Below are positions 25,287 to 40,914 of a DNA stretch of 64,000 nt, piece by piece; within the stretch, counting starts at the first letter, position 1, and every line of letters begins with the position of its first letter. The stretch is from contig JBDIVR010000002.1 in the NCBI GenBank assembly GCA_039794265.1, positions 145,146 through 209,145 of the forward strand, read 5' to 3'. The stretch is from Myxococcota bacterium (GTDB lineage: Bacteria > Myxococcota_A > UBA9160 > PR03). The position numbers and the translations under genes are program-made. The notes under the pieces are model-generated. The model saw only the letters and a list, made by a program, of their open reading frames with translations. It was not told the DNA's origin and ran no database searches.

Positions 25287-25301
25287 CCGCTCGTTCTCAG
25301 G

Positions 25302-25334
25302 CCTTTTAAGTCCGTCCGGCGAGGCGGACAAAGG
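25302..25334 (+). promoter_or_regulatory. Candidate PyrR-binding RNA hairpin overlapping the pyrR ribosome-binding site
   Basis: CCUUUUAAGUCCGUCCGGCGAGGCGGACAAAGG. The upper stem is GUCCG/CGGAC and the lower stem is CCUUU/AAAGG. It resembles the PyrR-binding loop consensus as I recall it (UUUAA..UCC.GAGAGGC..AAGG). The AAAGG arm is the likely SD, 7 nt before GTG 25342. Confidence 0.5.
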
Positions 25335-25341
25335 TGATCGC

Positions 25342-26091
25342 GTGAGGGATCCTGCCCCGCCCTCGGTGCCCCCGCGCACCCCCACGGCTACTTACGACCT
25401 GAGCGCCCATCCCGGGAGCGGCTCGGAAGCGGCCGGTGTTTCTCCCTCCGGTTCGGCTCCGCCGGGTTCGTCTCGCCCTGCGGACGGGTCCGGCCGAGGC
25501 GCCGAGCGCGTCGTCCTCGACGACCTTGCGATCCGTCGAGCGTTGATGCGGATCGCGCACGAGTTGGTCGAGCGCAACGAAGAACTCGATCGGATGTTCC
25601 TCGTGGCGATCCCGAACGGGGGAGTGCCGCTGGCGCGCCAGCTCGCGGCGAACCTCGAGCAGATCGCCGGCGTCGAGCTGCCGGTCGGCATCCTCGACAC
25701 GACGCTGTATCGGGACGATCTCGTGAGCCGTGCCGAGCGGCCGCCGCTGCGTCGCACCGAGATGCCGTCCGCCGTCGATGGCCGCGTCGTGGTGCTCGTC
25801 GACGACGTCGTCAGCACCGGCCGGACGATCCGGGCTGCGATGGATGCGCTGATGGACTTCGGCCGGCCGCAGTCCGTGCAACTGGTCGGGCTCGTCGATC
25901 GCGGGCATCGAGAGCTGCCGATCAAGATCGACTACGTAGGCAAGAACCTGCCCACGCGGCGCAGCGAGCAGGTGAAGCTGCGCGGACTCTCGGGGGAGCT
26001 TTCGGGTCCGTTGGAGGTCGTCGTTCTCGAGGCGAAAGAGGCGACACAAGGGCCGCCGCAGACGGATCCGGCCAGAGAGGGGACGGCATGA
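25342..26091 (+). CDS. pyrR: Bifunctional pyr operon regulator / uracil phosphoribosyltransferase PyrR
   Basis: [16 protein letters not shown], a PRPP-binding motif ([22 protein letters not shown]), and [20 protein letters not shown]. The GTG 25342 start implies a low-complexity N-terminal extension of about 55 aa, so the start is uncertain. Confidence 0.85.
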   Translation: MRDPAPPSVPPRTPTATYDLSAHPGSGSEAAGVSPSGSAPPGSSRPADGSGRGAERVVLDDLAIRRALMRIAHELVERNEELDRMFLVAIPNGGVPLARQLAANLEQIAGVELPVGILDTTLYRDDLVSRAERPPLRRTEMPSAVDGRVVVLVDDVVSTGRTIRAAMDALMDFGRPQSVQLVGLVDRGHRELPIKIDYVGKNLPTRRSEQVKLRGLSGELSGPLEVVVLEAKEATQGPPQTDPAREGTA

Positions 26092-27032
26092 CCGGTCGCG
26101 ACCTGCTCGGGATCGAGGATCTCGACCGCAGCGAGCTCGAGCGGATCCTCGAGACCTCCCTGCGGATGGAGGAGGTCGGGCGCCGCGACGTGAAGAAGGT
26201 GCCCACGCTGCGCGGGCGAACGATCATCAACCTGTTCTTCGAGCCTTCGACACGGACTCGGACCAGCTTCGAGATCGCCGGCAAGCGCCTGTCGGCGGAC
26301 GTCGTCAACTTCTCGCCGTCCCTGTCGAGCATCACCAAGGCGGAAGGCATCCTCGACACGGCGATGACGCTCGACGCGATGGACCCGGATGCCGTCGTCG
26401 TGCGGCACAAGGTGGCGGGCGTCCCCAAGCGCATCGCCGACGCGCTCGACGCTCCGGTCATCAATGCCGGAGACGGTGCTCACGAGCATCCGACCCAGGC
26501 GCTGCTCGACCTCTTCACCGTGTGGCAGGAGAAGGGCCGCATCGACGGGCTCACGGTGACCATCGTCGGCGACATCCTGCACTCCCGGGTCGCGCGCTCC
26601 AATCTGTACGCGTTCTCGAAGCTCGGCGCCGAAGTGCGGCTCGCCGCGCCGCCGACGATGCTGCCGCCGGCCGTCGAGAGTCTGGGCGTCAAGGCGTACT
26701 CCTCGCTGCGCGAGGCACTCGAGGGCGCCGACGTGGTGATGCTGCTGCGCATCCAGCAGGAACGCCTCGCTGGCTGTTTCTTTCCGAGTATTCGCGAGTA
26801 CGCGGCGACCTTCGGGCTCGACCGGCGCAAGCTCCGCTTCGCGAAGGACGACGCCATCGTGATGCATCCGGGGCCGATCAATCGCGGCGTCGAGATCGCG
26901 CACGATCTCGCCGATCAGCGGCCGAGCGTGATCCTCGATCAGGTTCGCAACGGCGTCGCCGTGCGCATGGCCGTCCTCTACCTGTGCGCCGGTCGCACGC
27001 CGCGGGCCGGCGTGCGCCGCGAAGGCTCGTGA
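26088..27032 (+). CDS. pyrB: Aspartate carbamoyltransferase catalytic subunit
   Basis: The ATG overlaps the pyrR stop. [29 protein letters not shown] and HPGPINRG motifs. Confidence 0.95.
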   Translation: MTGRDLLGIEDLDRSELERILETSLRMEEVGRRDVKKVPTLRGRTIINLFFEPSTRTRTSFEIAGKRLSADVVNFSPSLSSITKAEGILDTAMTLDAMDPDAVVVRHKVAGVPKRIADALDAPVINAGDGAHEHPTQALLDLFTVWQEKGRIDGLTVTIVGDILHSRVARSNLYAFSKLGAEVRLAAPPTMLPPAVESLGVKAYSSLREALEGADVVMLLRIQQERLAGCFFPSIREYAATFGLDRRKLRFAKDDAIVMHPGPINRGVEIAHDLADQRPSVILDQVRNGVAVRMAVLYLCAGRTPRAGVRREGS

Positions 27033-27043
27033 AGGGAGACGGG

Positions 27044-28339
27044 ATGGGCAGGATCTGGATCCGCGGCGGGCGTCTGCTCGATCCCGCGAGTGGCTGCGAC
27101 GAGGTCGGCGATCTGCTCGTCGAGGGCGGGCGCATCGCCGCGCTCGGTTCCGGGATCGAAGCCGGGGACGCCGAACTCATCGATGCGACCGGATGCTGGC
27201 TTGCGCCGGGCTTCATCGATCTCCACGTCCATCTGCGCGAGCCCGGCCAGGAGTACAAGGAGGACATCGCCTCCGGCGGTCGCGCCGGTGTCGCCGGCGG
27301 CTTCTCGGCGCTCGTCTGCATGGCCAACACGCAGCCCGTCAACGACGACCCGTCCGTCACCGAGTACATCCTCGACCGCGCTCGGCACGAGTCCCCGGCA
27401 CGGGTCTATCCCATTGCCGCGGCGACCAAGGGCCTCGCGGGCGAGGTGATGACGGAGATGGTGGCGCTGCGCGAGGCCGGGGCCGTGGCCTTCAGTGACG
27501 ACGGCAGGACGATCATGGATTCGGGCGTGATGCGCAGGGTGCTCGAGTACTCCGGCCTCGTGCGCGTGCCGATCATCACGCATGCCGAGGATCGCACGCT
27601 GGTCTGCGAGGGGGTCGTCAACGAGGGTCCCGTGTCGACCCGGTTGGGATTGCCGGGCAACCCCGCCGTCGCCGAGGTCGCACACGTCGCGCGGGACCTG
27701 CTGCTCGCGGAACTCACCGGCGCGCACCTGCACGTGGCGCACGTCTCGACGGCCGGTGCCGTCTCTCTGATTCGCGTCGCTCGCGAACGCGGCGTCCACG
27801 TGACGGCGGAGGTCACGCCGCACCACCTGACGCTGCTCGACGAAGCCGCACTCGGCTACGACACGAACACGAAGATGGCGCCGCCGCTGCGCGGACAGGC
27901 CGACGTCGATGCCTGTCGCGCCGGTCTGGCCGACGGCACGATCGACGCGATCGCGACGGATCATGCGCCCCACGCGGTGCACGAAAAGGACGTCGAGTTC
28001 ACCGCGGCGCCACCCGGGGTGATCGGACTCGAGACCGCCGTCCCGGTGACACTCGACCTGGTCCGGGCCCACGAGCTGTCGCCGCTCGAGTGGGTGCGCC
28101 GGCTGTCGACGAATCCGGCGCGCGTCATCGGTCGTCCGGGTGGCTCGCTGACCGTCGGCGCGCCTGCGGATCTGGTCGTGATCGACCCCGAGCGCCCGTG
28201 GGTCTACGACCCGGCCAAGGGATACTCGAAGAGCCGGAACTCACCGTGGGCGGGCCGCGAGATGATCGGTCGCGCCGTGGCGACGATCGTCGGCGGGATC
28301 CTCGTCTACGACCTCGACCGAGGAGTACTCGCCCCGTGA
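27044..28339 (+). CDS. pyrC: Dihydroorotase
   Basis: ATG 27044 with [36 protein letters not shown]; 431 aa. Confidence 0.93.
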   Translation: MGRIWIRGGRLLDPASGCDEVGDLLVEGGRIAALGSGIEAGDAELIDATGCWLAPGFIDLHVHLREPGQEYKEDIASGGRAGVAGGFSALVCMANTQPVNDDPSVTEYILDRARHESPARVYPIAAATKGLAGEVMTEMVALREAGAVAFSDDGRTIMDSGVMRRVLEYSGLVRVPIITHAEDRTLVCEGVVNEGPVSTRLGLPGNPAVAEVAHVARDLLLAELTGAHLHVAHVSTAGAVSLIRVARERGVHVTAEVTPHHLTLLDEAALGYDTNTKMAPPLRGQADVDACRAGLADGTIDAIATDHAPHAVHEKDVEFTAAPPGVIGLETAVPVTLDLVRAHELSPLEWVRRLSTNPARVIGRPGGSLTVGAPADLVVIDPERPWVYDPAKGYSKSRNSPWAGREMIGRAVATIVGGILVYDLDRGVLAP

Positions 28340-29580
28340 CGCTCGGTTTGCGCGATCGACGTCCTGCCGCCCTCGCCCTGGCCGATGGCACGATCTACCG
28401 CGGGATCGCCTTTGGAGCGGCCGCCGTGGCGACCGGTGAGGTCTGCTTCAACACGAGCATGACCGGCTATCAGGAGATCCTCAGCGATCCGTCCTATGCC
28501 GGACAGATCGTGACGATGACCTACACGCAGATCGGGAATGTCGGCACGAACCCGGAGGACGACGAGTCGTCGCGGCCGGTTCTGTCGGCGTTCGTCGTAA
28601 AGGAACTCTTCGAGCATCCGAGCAACTGGCGCTCGCGCGACTCGCTGGACGCGTATCTGGCGCGCTGGCAGGTGCCCGGAATCGCCGGGCTCGATACGCG
28701 CGCGCTGGTGCGGCGGATTCGCGACGGCGGATTCCAGAACGGCGTGGTCTCGACGGATCCCGCCCGGCAAGACCCAGAGGATCTCGTGCGGACGGCGCGC
28801 GCGGCGCCGTCGCTCGACGGACGGGATCTCGTGGCCGGGGTCACGACGAAAGAGGCCTATGCGTGGAACGAGGGGCTCTGGCCGGGCATCGGCGGGCAGC
28901 TGCCGCGCCGCGAGCGACCGGATCCGCGGCTGCGGCTGGTGGCGTACGACTTCGGCGTGAAGCGCAACATCCTTCGCCTGCTCGTCGAACACGGCTTCGA
29001 CGTCACCGTGGTGCCGGCGACGACGCCGGCCGCCGAGGCGCTGCGCCTGTCGCCCGATGCCGTCTTCCTGTCGAACGGTCCCGGGGACCCGGCAGCGGTC
29101 CGCGACGTGCAACCGGCGGTGCGCGAGCTGGCGGACCGCCTACCGGTGTTCGGGATCTGTCTGGGGCATCAAATCCTCGGTCTCGCACTCGGGGGCCAGA
29201 CGCGGAAACTCAAGTTCGGTCATCACGGCGGCAATCAGCCTGGGCAGGATCTCGCGACGAAGAAGGTCGCGATCTGCGCGGAGAACCACGGCTATGCAGT
29301 CGATGCGGATTCGCTGCGCGCCGCCGGCGAGCCGGTCGAGATCACGCACATCAATCTCAACGACGGCACCGTCGAGGGGCTCGCCCACGCGACGCGTCCA
29401 CTGTTCTCGGTGCAGTATCACCCGGAGGCCTCGCCGGGTCCCCACGATGCGGCCTACCTGTTCGGCCGTTTCCGCGACATGGTGCTGCGCCACAAGCGGG
29501 GCGAAGCGGTGACCGGCGTCTCGATCGCGACGAGTCGCGCCGGACCGGATGCTCCCGCCGTCGCCGGAAAGGGCTCTTGA
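28336..29580 (+). CDS. carA: Carbamoyl-phosphate synthase small (glutaminase) subunit
   Basis: The GTG overlaps the pyrC stop. [33 protein letters not shown] (catalytic Cys) and [13 protein letters not shown]. Confidence 0.95.
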   Translation: MTLGLRDRRPAALALADGTIYRGIAFGAAAVATGEVCFNTSMTGYQEILSDPSYAGQIVTMTYTQIGNVGTNPEDDESSRPVLSAFVVKELFEHPSNWRSRDSLDAYLARWQVPGIAGLDTRALVRRIRDGGFQNGVVSTDPARQDPEDLVRTARAAPSLDGRDLVAGVTTKEAYAWNEGLWPGIGGQLPRRERPDPRLRLVAYDFGVKRNILRLLVEHGFDVTVVPATTPAAEALRLSPDAVFLSNGPGDPAAVRDVQPAVRELADRLPVFGICLGHQILGLALGGQTRKLKFGHHGGNQPGQDLATKKVAICAENHGYAVDADSLRAAGEPVEITHINLNDGTVEGLAHATRPLFSVQYHPEASPGPHDAAYLFGRFRDMVLRHKRGEAVTGVSIATSRAGPDAPAVAGKGS

Positions 29581-29582
29581 TC

Positions 29583-32855
<3,273 letters not shown>

Positions 32856-32892
32856 GTCCCGCGGGTGGTCGGCAACGCGTCGAGGAGAGGCC

Positions 32893-35307
32893 GTGCCTTC
32901 GAGTCCCTTCGCGGCGGCACTAGAGGTGATCTGCGCGCCGCTGCGTTTCGCCGCCGAGGACGGGTTCGCTCGTGCCGATCGGGTGCTCGAGCTCGAGAGC
33001 GCCGTTCGTGCCGCGGTCGCCCAGGGACAGGCGCTCGCGATTCCGCGCGACGCCCGGGCGGTGCTCGCGCGCGTCGCCGCGCTCTTCACGGAGCCGGTCG
33101 CCGGAGCCCCGCGCGTCGCGGCCATCGAACGCGCGCTCGAGCTTCTCGGCGAGGTCGTCGATCCGCGTTGGGCCGAGGCCGCGCTCGAGCGGCCGGCCAG
33201 CGCGCTGCCCGGCATCGGACCGAAGCGCGCGAAGCTGCTCGAACGGCGCGGCTTCGGCAGCATCACCGATCTGTTGTTCCTGCTGCCGAGTCGCTACGAC
33301 GATCGCCGGCGACTCGTTCCGGTCGGGCAGCTCGAGGTGGGGCGGCGCGCGACGTTCCTGGCGCGCGTCCTGGTCTCGGACTTCGCGTCGCAGCGGGGCC
33401 GCGGCGGCCAGCTCCGACGCGTGTTGCAAGCCGTCGTCGGCGACGACACCGGGACGGTGGATCTCAAGTGGTTCCACGGCGGCGAGGCGCTCCATTCGCT
33501 GCTCGCGAAGGGGACGCGGCTGCTCGTCACCGGCGACGTGCGTCGCTACCGCTTCACGAAGGAGCTCCTGCACCCCGAGATCGAGAAGCTCGAGGAGGGG
33601 GACGGGGCGGACGCGGCGCTGCGCGAGGCCCTGCGCCAGATCGTTCCCGACTACCCGACGCCGGAAGGACTTCCACCGCGCACGCTGCGGCGCTACGTCC
33701 AGGCCGCCGTCGCCGAGTACGCCGATCTCGTACCGAGCCTGCTGCCCTCTGCCGTGGCACGTGCGCGTGCGCTTCCCGATGCCGCCGAGGCTCTGCGCTC
33801 GATTCACCACCCGAGCCCGGAAGCGGATCCCGAGGCGCTGGCGGCCCGCCGCACGCCGGCGCACGAACGCCTGATCCTCGAGGAGCTCTATCTTCTCGAG
33901 CTCGGCCTCGCTCTGCGGCGCGCACGCCGTCGCGTCGAGCCGGGCGTCGCCCTGATGGTCGACGGGCCCCGTAGCCGCGCAGCACTCGACGCACTTCCGT
34001 TCCCGCTGACGGGTGCCCAGCGTCGCGCCGTCGCCGAGATTCGTGCAGACCTCGCGCGGCCACACCCGATGAACCGGCTGCTGCAGGGCGATGTCGGCAG
34101 TGGCAAGACCGCCGTGGCGTTCCTGGCGCTGCTGTCGGCTGCCGAGTCCGGCCAGCAGGGCGCGTTGATGGCGCCGACCGAGCTGCTTGCCGAGCAGCAC
34201 GAGCGCTCGCTGCGCAGGCTCGCCGCCGCCGGCGGCGAGACGACCGCGCTGCGGAGCGCGCTGCTCACCGCGTCGGTGCCGCGCCGCGACGCCGAAGAGC
34301 GTCGCCGCGCGCTGGCCGCGGGAGGACTCGACCTCGTCGTGGGGACGCACGCACTGCTGCAGGAGGGCGTTCGCTTCGCGAATCTCGGCTTCGCTGTGAT
34401 CGATGAACAGCATCGCTTCGGCGTGTTGCAGCGAGCGGCGTTGTCCGCTGGCCGCAGCGACGGTCGCGCGCCGCACATGCTGGTCATGACGGCGACGCCG
34501 ATCCCGCGGACGCTCGCGCTCACGCTGTACGGCGAGCTCGACGTCACCGTTCTCGATGAACTCCCGCCGGGCCGGACACCCGTGGTGACGGAGCGGGTGC
34601 GGGAGGGGCAGGGCGAGCGCGTGATGACGGCGATCCGGGAGGCCCTCGGACGACGGGAACAGGTGTATGTCGTGTATCCGCTCGTCGAAGAGTCCGAGAA
34701 GATCGACCTGCGCAACGTCTCCGAATCCGCCGCGCGGATCGCCCGGGCCTTCCCGCAGGCGCGGGTCGACTACGTCCACGGCCGCCTCGATGCCGATGCA
34801 CGTGCCGACGCGATGGCGCGCTTCGAGTGCGGCGAGGTCCAGATCCTCGTTGCGACGACAGTCATCGAGGTCGGCGTCGACGTCGCGAACGCGACGGTGA
34901 TGGTGATCGAACACGCCGAGCGCTTCGGGCTCGCGCAACTCCATCAGCTGCGCGGTCGCGTCGGCCGCGGCGAACGCCCCGGCCGCTGTCTACTCGTGGT
35001 CCGCGGTTCCAGCGCCGACAGCGAGGCGCGGATCGACGCGCTGCTCGCCACCACGGACGGCTTCGCCATCGCTGAAGCGGATCTGCGCATCCGCGGCCCC
35101 GGTGAGTTCCTCGGCACGCGGCAGAGCGGCCGCCTCCCAGACCTGCGGCTCGCGGATCTTCTCCGCGACGCTGCTCTGGTGCCCGTGGCCCGGCGGGCGG
35201 CGCTGGATACGGTCGCGCGGGATCCAGAGCTGCGGCGGACGCCGGCGCTGCTGCGCGCCGTCCGGCTGCGCTGGGGCTCCCGGCTCGCGCTGGCGGGGGT
35301 TGGGTGA
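32893..35307 (+). CDS. recG: ATP-dependent DNA helicase RecG
   Basis: Wedge/OB region, Walker A (LLQGDVGSGKTAVA), DEQHRFG, MTATPIPRTLAL and QLHQLRGRVGRG. The GTG start has [12 protein letters not shown]. Confidence 0.93.
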   Translation: MPSSPFAAALEVICAPLRFAAEDGFARADRVLELESAVRAAVAQGQALAIPRDARAVLARVAALFTEPVAGAPRVAAIERALELLGEVVDPRWAEAALERPASALPGIGPKRAKLLERRGFGSITDLLFLLPSRYDDRRRLVPVGQLEVGRRATFLARVLVSDFASQRGRGGQLRRVLQAVVGDDTGTVDLKWFHGGEALHSLLAKGTRLLVTGDVRRYRFTKELLHPEIEKLEEGDGADAALREALRQIVPDYPTPEGLPPRTLRRYVQAAVAEYADLVPSLLPSAVARARALPDAAEALRSIHHPSPEADPEALAARRTPAHERLILEELYLLELGLALRRARRRVEPGVALMVDGPRSRAALDALPFPLTGAQRRAVAEIRADLARPHPMNRLLQGDVGSGKTAVAFLALLSAAESGQQGALMAPTELLAEQHERSLRRLAAAGGETTALRSALLTASVPRRDAEERRRALAAGGLDLVVGTHALLQEGVRFANLGFAVIDEQHRFGVLQRAALSAGRSDGRAPHMLVMTATPIPRTLALTLYGELDVTVLDELPPGRTPVVTERVREGQGERVMTAIREALGRREQVYVVYPLVEESEKIDLRNVSESAARIARAFPQARVDYVHGRLDADARADAMARFECGEVQILVATTVIEVGVDVANATVMVIEHAERFGLAQLHQLRGRVGRGERPGRCLLVVRGSSADSEARIDALLATTDGFAIAEADLRIRGPGEFLGTRQSGRLPDLRLADLLRDAALVPVARRAALDTVARDPELRRTPALLRAVRLRWGSRLALAGVG

Positions 35308-35308
35308 C

Positions 35309-35387
35309 GGGGACGTTGCTTGCATTGCACGGACCACTGTCTCGATCCGTCGAGGCGTGTCGCCCGTGCAATGCAAGCAACGTCCCC
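35309..35387. repeat. Perfect 24-bp inverted repeat (long hairpin) in the convergent recG/SDR intergenic region
   Basis: Left arm GGGGACGTTGCTTGCATTGCACGG (35309-35332) and right arm CCGTGCAATGCAAGCAACGTCCCC (35364-35387). The 31-nt spacer contains a CTCGA/TCGAG sub-hairpin. It may act as a bidirectional terminator, but it has no U-tract. Confidence 0.9.
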
Positions 35388-35525
35388 CTCCGCGCGTCCC
35401 CCTCCGCGCGTCCCCCTCCGCGCGTCCCCCTCCGCGCGTCCCCCTCCGCGCGTCCCCCTCCGCGCGTCCCCCTCCGCGCGTCCCCCTCCGCGCGTCCCCC
35501 TCCGCGCGTCCCCCTCCGACGTCCC
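35381..35525. repeat. Tandem array of a 14-bp unit (CGTCCCCCTCCGCG) x10 plus a partial copy
   Basis: The exact period of 14 nt was counted from 35381 to 35520. The tenth copy has one substitution. The first copy overlaps the right hairpin arm. Confidence 0.95.
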
Positions 35526-35529
35526 ACCG

Positions 35530-36294
35530 CTACCCCGAGATCAGCATCCCGCCGTCCACCGGGACGATCTGTCCCGTCACGAGATCCGCGTCGGCGATCA
35601 GCGCGACGATTACTGCGGCGACGTCCTCGGGATCGCACACCCGGCCGAGCGGCGATCGCGCTTCCATCGCCCGCTTCACCGGCTCGTACGCGTCACCGAG
35701 TCCGCCGGCCAGCCAGCGGCCGGTGATGAAGCCAGGAGCGACGGCGTTGACACGAATCTTCGGTCCCAACGTGCGCGCGAGGATGACCGTCAGCACGTTC
35801 AGGCCCGCCTTGGACGCGCAGTACGGAATCGAGCTGCCGACGCCGGCGATGCCCGCGACGCTCGAGACGTTGACGATGGCGCCTGCGCCGGCGGCCTCCA
35901 TCGCTCCCTTCGCGGCGCGCGCCATCTGGAACGGACCGATGAGGTTCACTTCCAGTACGCGCGACCAGTCGTCGCCGGTGATGCCGTCGAGCTGGGCGGC
36001 TGGAACGAAGACGGTGGTGCCCGCGTTGTTCACGAGCACGTCGAGCCTGCCGAACGCCCCGACGGCCGTCTCGACGAGCCGGCGACAGGATGCGTCGTCT
36101 GCGACGTCGGCCTGGACCGGGAGCGCGCGTACACCGAGGGTCTGCAGGTCGGCGACTGTCTGCTCCGCTTCGGCCGCAGAGCGGCTGTAGTTGACGGCGA
36201 CCCTGCACCCGCGCCGCGCCAGCGCAAGCGCCGTCGCGCGTCCCACGCCGGTGCCGCCGCCGGTCACGATCGCCGCCTTGCCGTCGAGATCCAT
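35530..36294 (-). CDS. SDR family oxidoreductase (FabG-like)
   Basis: MDLDGKAAIVTGGGTGVGRA (TGxxxGxG), NNAG, and the S...YCASKAG (YxxxK) catalytic motif; 254 aa. The longer track ORF running to 36762 was rejected. Confidence 0.9.
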   Translation of the reverse strand: MDLDGKAAIVTGGGTGVGRATALALARRGCRVAVNYSRSAAEAEQTVADLQTLGVRALPVQADVADDASCRRLVETAVGAFGRLDVLVNNAGTTVFVPAAQLDGITGDDWSRVLEVNLIGPFQMARAAKGAMEAAGAGAIVNVSSVAGIAGVGSSIPYCASKAGLNVLTVILARTLGPKIRVNAVAPGFITGRWLAGGLGDAYEPVKRAMEARSPLGRVCDPEDVAAVIVALIADADLVTGQIVPVDGGMLISG

Positions 36295-36381
36295 CGCCCC
36301 TCCTGCCTCCGCGGACGGATGCGCCCGCCGCAGAGCGGAGCAGTATAGTCCTCTCGTGAACGACTTCGCCGCGCCTGCGCG

Positions 36382-36726
36382 ATGACACCGTACGACGACG
36401 ACCGCCACGACGACCCGCCCGGCATCGGCGCGACGCGCACCCCCCGCCAGCAGCTCCGGGGTCTCCTGCTCCGCGAGACCCTCTCGTTCCGCGAGCTGCG
36501 CGGACTGCTCGGCCTGTCGCTTCGTCGTCTCGAGGAGGAGCTCCGCCACGTCGAGCGCAGCGCGCGCGGGCGCCAGGAGCGGCTGTGGATCGATCCGCCC
36601 CGCTGCCTCGCCTGCGGGTTCGTGTTCCGCGACCGCGAGACGCGTCACCTGCACGCCCCGGGCCGCTGTCCGCAATGCCGCAGCGAAAGGATCACCGAGC
36701 CGAGGTTCCGGCTGGAGTCGCGTTGA
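36382..36726 (+). CDS. Small HTH plus C-terminal zinc-ribbon protein (putative transcriptional regulator)
   Basis: RELRGLLGLSLRRLEEELRHVERS, followed by CLACGFVF...(17)...CPQCRS (CxxC...CxxC). It is divergent from the SDR gene. The family assignment comes from the pattern only. Confidence 0.6.
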   Translation: MTPYDDDRHDDPPGIGATRTPRQQLRGLLLRETLSFRELRGLLGLSLRRLEEELRHVERSARGRQERLWIDPPRCLACGFVFRDRETRHLHAPGRCPQCRSERITEPRFRLESR

Positions 36727-36781
36727 AGGCGTTGCGATATCGAGCGGACGGCCGCGGGCCATCTGGACGGAACTCCTTCCG

Positions 36782-37363
36782 ATGACCTGGGGAACCAGCG
36801 CCGTGGGATCTGAACTTCCCGCATCATCCTGCGGCGCCTCGAGCCACGGCTCGCCTTCGACGGCGCCACGCGCCGCGAGCTGCTGCCGCGGTACCGCGCG
36901 GCGCGATCAGGGCCTGGAGACGCGCAAGCTCGCCGCAGCACACGCGCGCGGTGCGCGTCCCGAAGCCACCGCGCAGAGGGCCCCGAGGCCGCCGGTCGAT
37001 CCCAATGCGCTCCTGCGCGTCTCCCGCCTGCTGGTCCGTCCCGACGCGATGAGGACGAATGCGGACGTGATCGGACGAGTCCTCGCGGCGTGGCGTGCGC
37101 GCGAGGGTCGGCCCGCGCGCGAACTCCCGGGTCCCGAGCGGAACGCCATGCTGGACGTTCTCGCTCGGGCTGCCTGCGCAGTCTCCAGCTCCGCTGCGGG
37201 AACGAGGGGCGGCTCCGCCCCCGCCCCGGGGCGCCGAGGCGGCGATTCCGGGAGCAGCCGGCGCAGGCTCAGGCAGGCTCAGGCTCAGGCTGGCAGGTTC
37301 GCCGCCTGCTCACTAGCTTCTGCCGCCGGCCGGGTTTTCCCCGCAGGGAAATGGCTCCTCTGA
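36782..37363 (+). CDS. Hypothetical ORF (weak call)
   Basis: It is the only long sense ORF in the 700-bp gap before hppA. The third-position GC looks coding-like in the middle of the ORF, but it uses many AGG codons and I recognise no motif. Confidence 0.25.
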   Translation: MTWGTSAVGSELPASSCGASSHGSPSTAPRAASCCRGTARRDQGLETRKLAAAHARGARPEATAQRAPRPPVDPNALLRVSRLLVRPDAMRTNADVIGRVLAAWRAREGRPARELPGPERNAMLDVLARAACAVSSSAAGTRGGSAPAPGRRGGDSGSSRRRLRQAQAQAGRFAACSLASAAGRVFPAGKWLL

Positions 37364-37425
37364 CTCGAAGTGAACGCGCGCTCCACCCGCTGTGTCTCGC
37401 GCGGGCTGCGCCGGGAGATCCTCGC

Positions 37426-39474
<2,049 letters not shown>

Positions 39475-39504
39475 TCCGCGTCGAGCCAGCGAACCGGGCC
39501 CGCG

Positions 39505-40914
39505 ATGCCGCCTTCCGCGACACCGGACCCGGGGCGCGTGCCGACGGGAAACGAGACGACCCGGGATCCCGGCGATCTCGATCGCCATCCGCGCGACCGA
39601 CTGCGTCGTGAGCTCCGTCTCCCCGACGCGACCTTCCTGGTCGTCGCCTCGGTGATCGGCTCGGGCATCTTCCTCACGCCGGGCGCGATCGCCGAGCGGC
39701 TCCCGCACGTCGGACTGATCTTCGCGGCGTGGATGGCCGGCGGCGCGCTGTCGCTGGTCGGAGCGCTCGCCAACGCGGAACTCGGCGCGATGTTTCCGCA
39801 CGCCGGCGGGGACTACGTCTACCTCCGTGAGGCCTTTCATCCCGGCGCCGGCTTCGCCATGGGCTGGCTGTCGTTCTTCGCGATCTTCACCGGAACGATC
39901 GCGACGCTCGCCGCCGGTTTTGCGGATGCGATGCAGCCGTTCGTCGCGCTCGGCGAGGGCGGCCGACTCGGGCTCGCGGCGGCGGCGATCGCCGCCTTCT
40001 CGGGGCTCAACTACCTGGGCGTGCGCACCAGCGCGCGCTTCAACAACGTGCTCACCGGCGGCAAGGTGCTCGCACTGGTCGCGTTCGTCGTGCTGGCGCC
40101 GTTGCTCGGGACCGGGGACATCGCGAACCTCGGCCCCGTCTTCGAGGGGGCCTCGACGGTGTCGCTCGCGGGCTTCGGGCTCGCGCTGTCGCCGGTGCTG
40201 TTCAGCTATCTCGGCTGGAACGCCACTGTCTACGTGGCGAGCGAGATCCATGAGCCGCATCGAAACGTGCCGCGTTCGCTCTTCCTCGGGCTGGCTGCGT
40301 GCATCGCCGTCTACCTGGCGGTGAACCTGGCCTACCTGTACGCGATTCCCGTCGAGGCGATGCGGGGCGTGGACAACGTGGGGCAGGCGGCTGCCGATGC
40401 GCTGTTCGGAGGAGCCGGCGGTACGGCGGTCGCCGTGTTCGTCGTGGTCTCGATCTTGGGCACCCTGAACGCGACGGTGCTGGTGGGTCCCCGCATCGCC
40501 TACGCGATGGCGCTCGATGGCCGGTTCTTCGGCGGTGTCGACCGCGTGCACGCGACCCATCACACCCCGCACATTGCGATCGTGCTGCAGGGCCTCGTCG
40601 CGGTCGCACTACTGCTCGTGCTTCGGACCTTTCCGAGCGTCCTCGACTTCACGACCTTCGGAATCGTGCTGGCGACCTCCGCCGACACACTGGCGCTGTT
40701 CGCGCTGCGGCGGCGGCAGCCCGGTCGCCGTCGGCCCTATCGGGCATGGGGCTATCCGTGGCTGCCGGCGATCTATCTCGCCGCCAACCTGGCAATCGCC
40801 ACGGCGATGATCCTCGGCCGGCCCATGGAGTCGTTGGCCTGTCTCGCGGTCCTCGCGACCGGCCTGCCGTTCTATTGGGCCTTCGGGCGCCGGGCGCGGG
40901 TGGCTTCCGGCTGA
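39505..40914 (+). CDS. APC-family amino acid permease
   Basis: [35 protein letters not shown], and about 12 predicted TM segments. Confidence 0.88.
   Translation: MPPSATPDPGRVPTGNETTRDPGDLDRHPRDRLRRELRLPDATFLVVASVIGSGIFLTPGAIAERLPHVGLIFAAWMAGGALSLVGALANAELGAMFPHAGGDYVYLREAFHPGAGFAMGWLSFFAIFTGTIATLAAGFADAMQPFVALGEGGRLGLAAAAIAAFSGLNYLGVRTSARFNNVLTGGKVLALVAFVVLAPLLGTGDIANLGPVFEGASTVSLAGFGLALSPVLFSYLGWNATVYVASEIHEPHRNVPRSLFLGLAACIAVYLAVNLAYLYAIPVEAMRGVDNVGQAAADALFGGAGGTAVAVFVVVSILGTLNATVLVGPRIAYAMALDGRFFGGVDRVHATHHTPHIAIVLQGLVAVALLLVLRTFPSVLDFTTFGIVLATSADTLALFALRRRQPGRRRPYRAWGYPWLPAIYLAANLAIATAMILGRPMESLACLAVLATGLPFYWAFGRRARVASG

Noticed and set aside
35102-36348. ORFs translating the 14-bp array into PLRASPSARPPPRV-type repeats (35102-36190, 35304-35726, 35320-36348, and 34862-35638 on the minus strand).
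   Set aside because: The 14-nt period is not a multiple of 3, so every frame shows a 14-aa repeat, which is a signature of non-coding tandem DNA. The ORFs also run antisense through the well-supported SDR gene.
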